DNA from: Eledone cirrhosa
Taxonomy: Eukaryota
Direction of reading: 5' to 3'
Length of the DNA: 64,000 nt
Assembly (NCBI GenBank): GCA_964016885.1
Contig: OZ024742.1
Location: forward strand, 315,828,001-315,892,000
Shown: piece after piece, positions 62,301-64,000 of the stretch
Numbering within the stretch: position 1 is the first letter of the stretch
How the letters are laid out: every line of letters starts with the position of its first letter
Notes under the pieces: generated by a model
What the model saw: only the letters and a program-made list of their open reading frames with translations
What the model was told of the DNA's origin: nothing
Databases searched by the model: none
Made by a program: the position numbers and the translations under genes

Positions 62301-64000
62301 CCGGCCACAATCACCACCACTGGAAACATTACTATATACACTACCTGGCCACAATCACCACCACTGGAAACATTACTATATACACTACCTGGCCACAATC
62401 ACACCTCTGGAAACATTACTATATACACTACCTGGCCACAATCACCACCACTGGAAACATTACTATATACAGTAGCTGGCCACAATCACCACCACTGGAA
62501 ACATTACTATATACACTACCTGGCCACAATCAACACCTCTGGAAACTTTACTATATACAGTACCTGTCCACAATCACCACCACTGGAAACATTACTATAT
62601 ACACTACCTGGCCACAATCACCACCACTGGAAAGATTACTATATACACTACCTGGCCACAATCACCACCACTGGAAAGATTACTATATACACTACCTGGC
62701 CACAATCACCACCTCTGGAAACATTACTATATGCAGTACCTGGCCACAATCACCACCACTGGAAACATTACTATATACAGTACCTGGCCACAATCACCAC
62801 CACTGGAAACAATACTATGTACAGTACCTGGCCACAATCACGACCACTGGATACATTACTATATACACTACGTGGCCACAATCACCACCTCTGGAAACAT
62901 TACTATATACAGTATCTGGCCACAATCACCACCACTGGAAACATTACTATGTACAGTACCTGGCCACAATCACGACCACTGGATATATTACTATATACAC
63001 TACCTGGCCACAATCACCACCACTGGAAACATTACTATTTACACTACCTGGCCACAATCACCACCACCGGAAACATTACTATATACACTACCTGGCCACA
63101 ATCACCACTACCGGAAACATTACTATATACACTACCTGGCCACAATCACCACCACTGGAAACATTACTATATACAGTACCTGGCCACAATCACCACCACT
63201 GGAAACATTACTATATACAGTACCTGGCCACAATCACCACCACTGGAAACATTACTATTTACACTACCTGGCCACAATCACCACCACCGGAAACATTACT
63301 ATATACACTACCTGGCCACAATCACCACCTCTGGAAACATTACTATATACAGTACCTGGCCACAATCACCACCACTGGAAACATTACTATATACACTACC
63401 TGGTCACAATCACCACCACTGGAAACATTACTATATACAGTACCTGGCCACAATCACCACCACTGGAAACATTACTATATACAGTACCTGGCCACAATCA
63501 CCACCACTGGAAACATTACTATATACAGTACCTGGCCACAATCACCACCACTGGAAACATTACTATATACAGTACATGGCCACAATCACCACCACCGGAA
63601 ACATTACTATATACACTACCTGGCCACAATCACCACCACTGGAAACATTACTATATACAGTAGCTGGCCACAATCACCACCTCTGGAAACATTACTATAT
63701 ACACTACCTGGCCACAATCACCCCCACTGGAAACATTACTATATACACTACCTGGACACAATCACCACCACTGGAAACATTACTATATACACTACCTGGC
63801 CACAATCACCACCACTGGAAACATTACTATATACACTACCTGGACACAATCACCCCCACTGGAAACATTACTATATACACTACCTGGCCACAATCACCAC
63901 CACTGGAAACATTACTATATACAGTAGCTGGCCACAATCACCACCTCTGGAAACATTACTATATACACTACCTGGCCACAATCACCACCACTGGAAACAT
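5365..64000. repeat. Large tandem satellite array, 44-bp monomer, about 1,330 head-to-tail copies, continuing beyond the window
   Basis: Consensus GAAACATTACTATATACACTACCTGGCCACAATCACCACCACTG. Common variants are cactac/cagtac, ccactgg/cctctgg/ccaccgg, cacaat/cactat and cctggcc/cctagcc/cccggcc. There are rare 43-, 40- and 47-bp monomers. I saw no insertion or inversion. Confidence 0.99.

Noticed and set aside
6046-63663. Dozens of long ORFs (up to 2264 aa) as protein-coding genes
   Set aside because: All are translations of the 44-bp satellite and overlap in all three frames with the same repeat. Starts and stops arise from sporadic point variants, and there is no unique N- or C-terminal domain or signal peptide.
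5365-64000. CRISPR array
   Set aside because: The repeats abut with no unique spacers, there are no cas genes, and the context is eukaryotic.
5365-64000. Telomeric repeat array (C-rich/G-rich strand skew)
   Set aside because: There is no TTAGGG-type unit. The C/A-rich strand runs 5'->3' away from the unique flank, the opposite of a telomere at this end.

Overview
This is eukaryotic genomic DNA, most likely from an octopus or related cephalopod. That assignment is inferred from the tRNA-derived SINE family and the compound CT/CA/TA microsatellites. Bases 1-5364 are an AT-rich, mostly non-coding flank containing microsatellites, six SINE copies or fragments, a near-perfect 22-bp-arm hairpin (pre-miRNA or MITE-like), a minimal Penelope-type hammerhead ribozyme motif and one weak candidate exon. 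Bases 5365-64000 are a single uninterrupted head-to-tail satellite array of a 44-bp monomer (GAAACATTACTATATACACTACCTGGCCACAATCACCACCACTG, about 1,330 copies, running off the window end). The + strand of the monomer has no stop codon in any frame, and this produces all the huge His/Thr/Tyr-rich ORFs in the track; I judge them artefacts. Diagnostic variants reveal nested kb-scale duplications and regional variant domains within the array. No confidently identifiable protein-coding gene is present.
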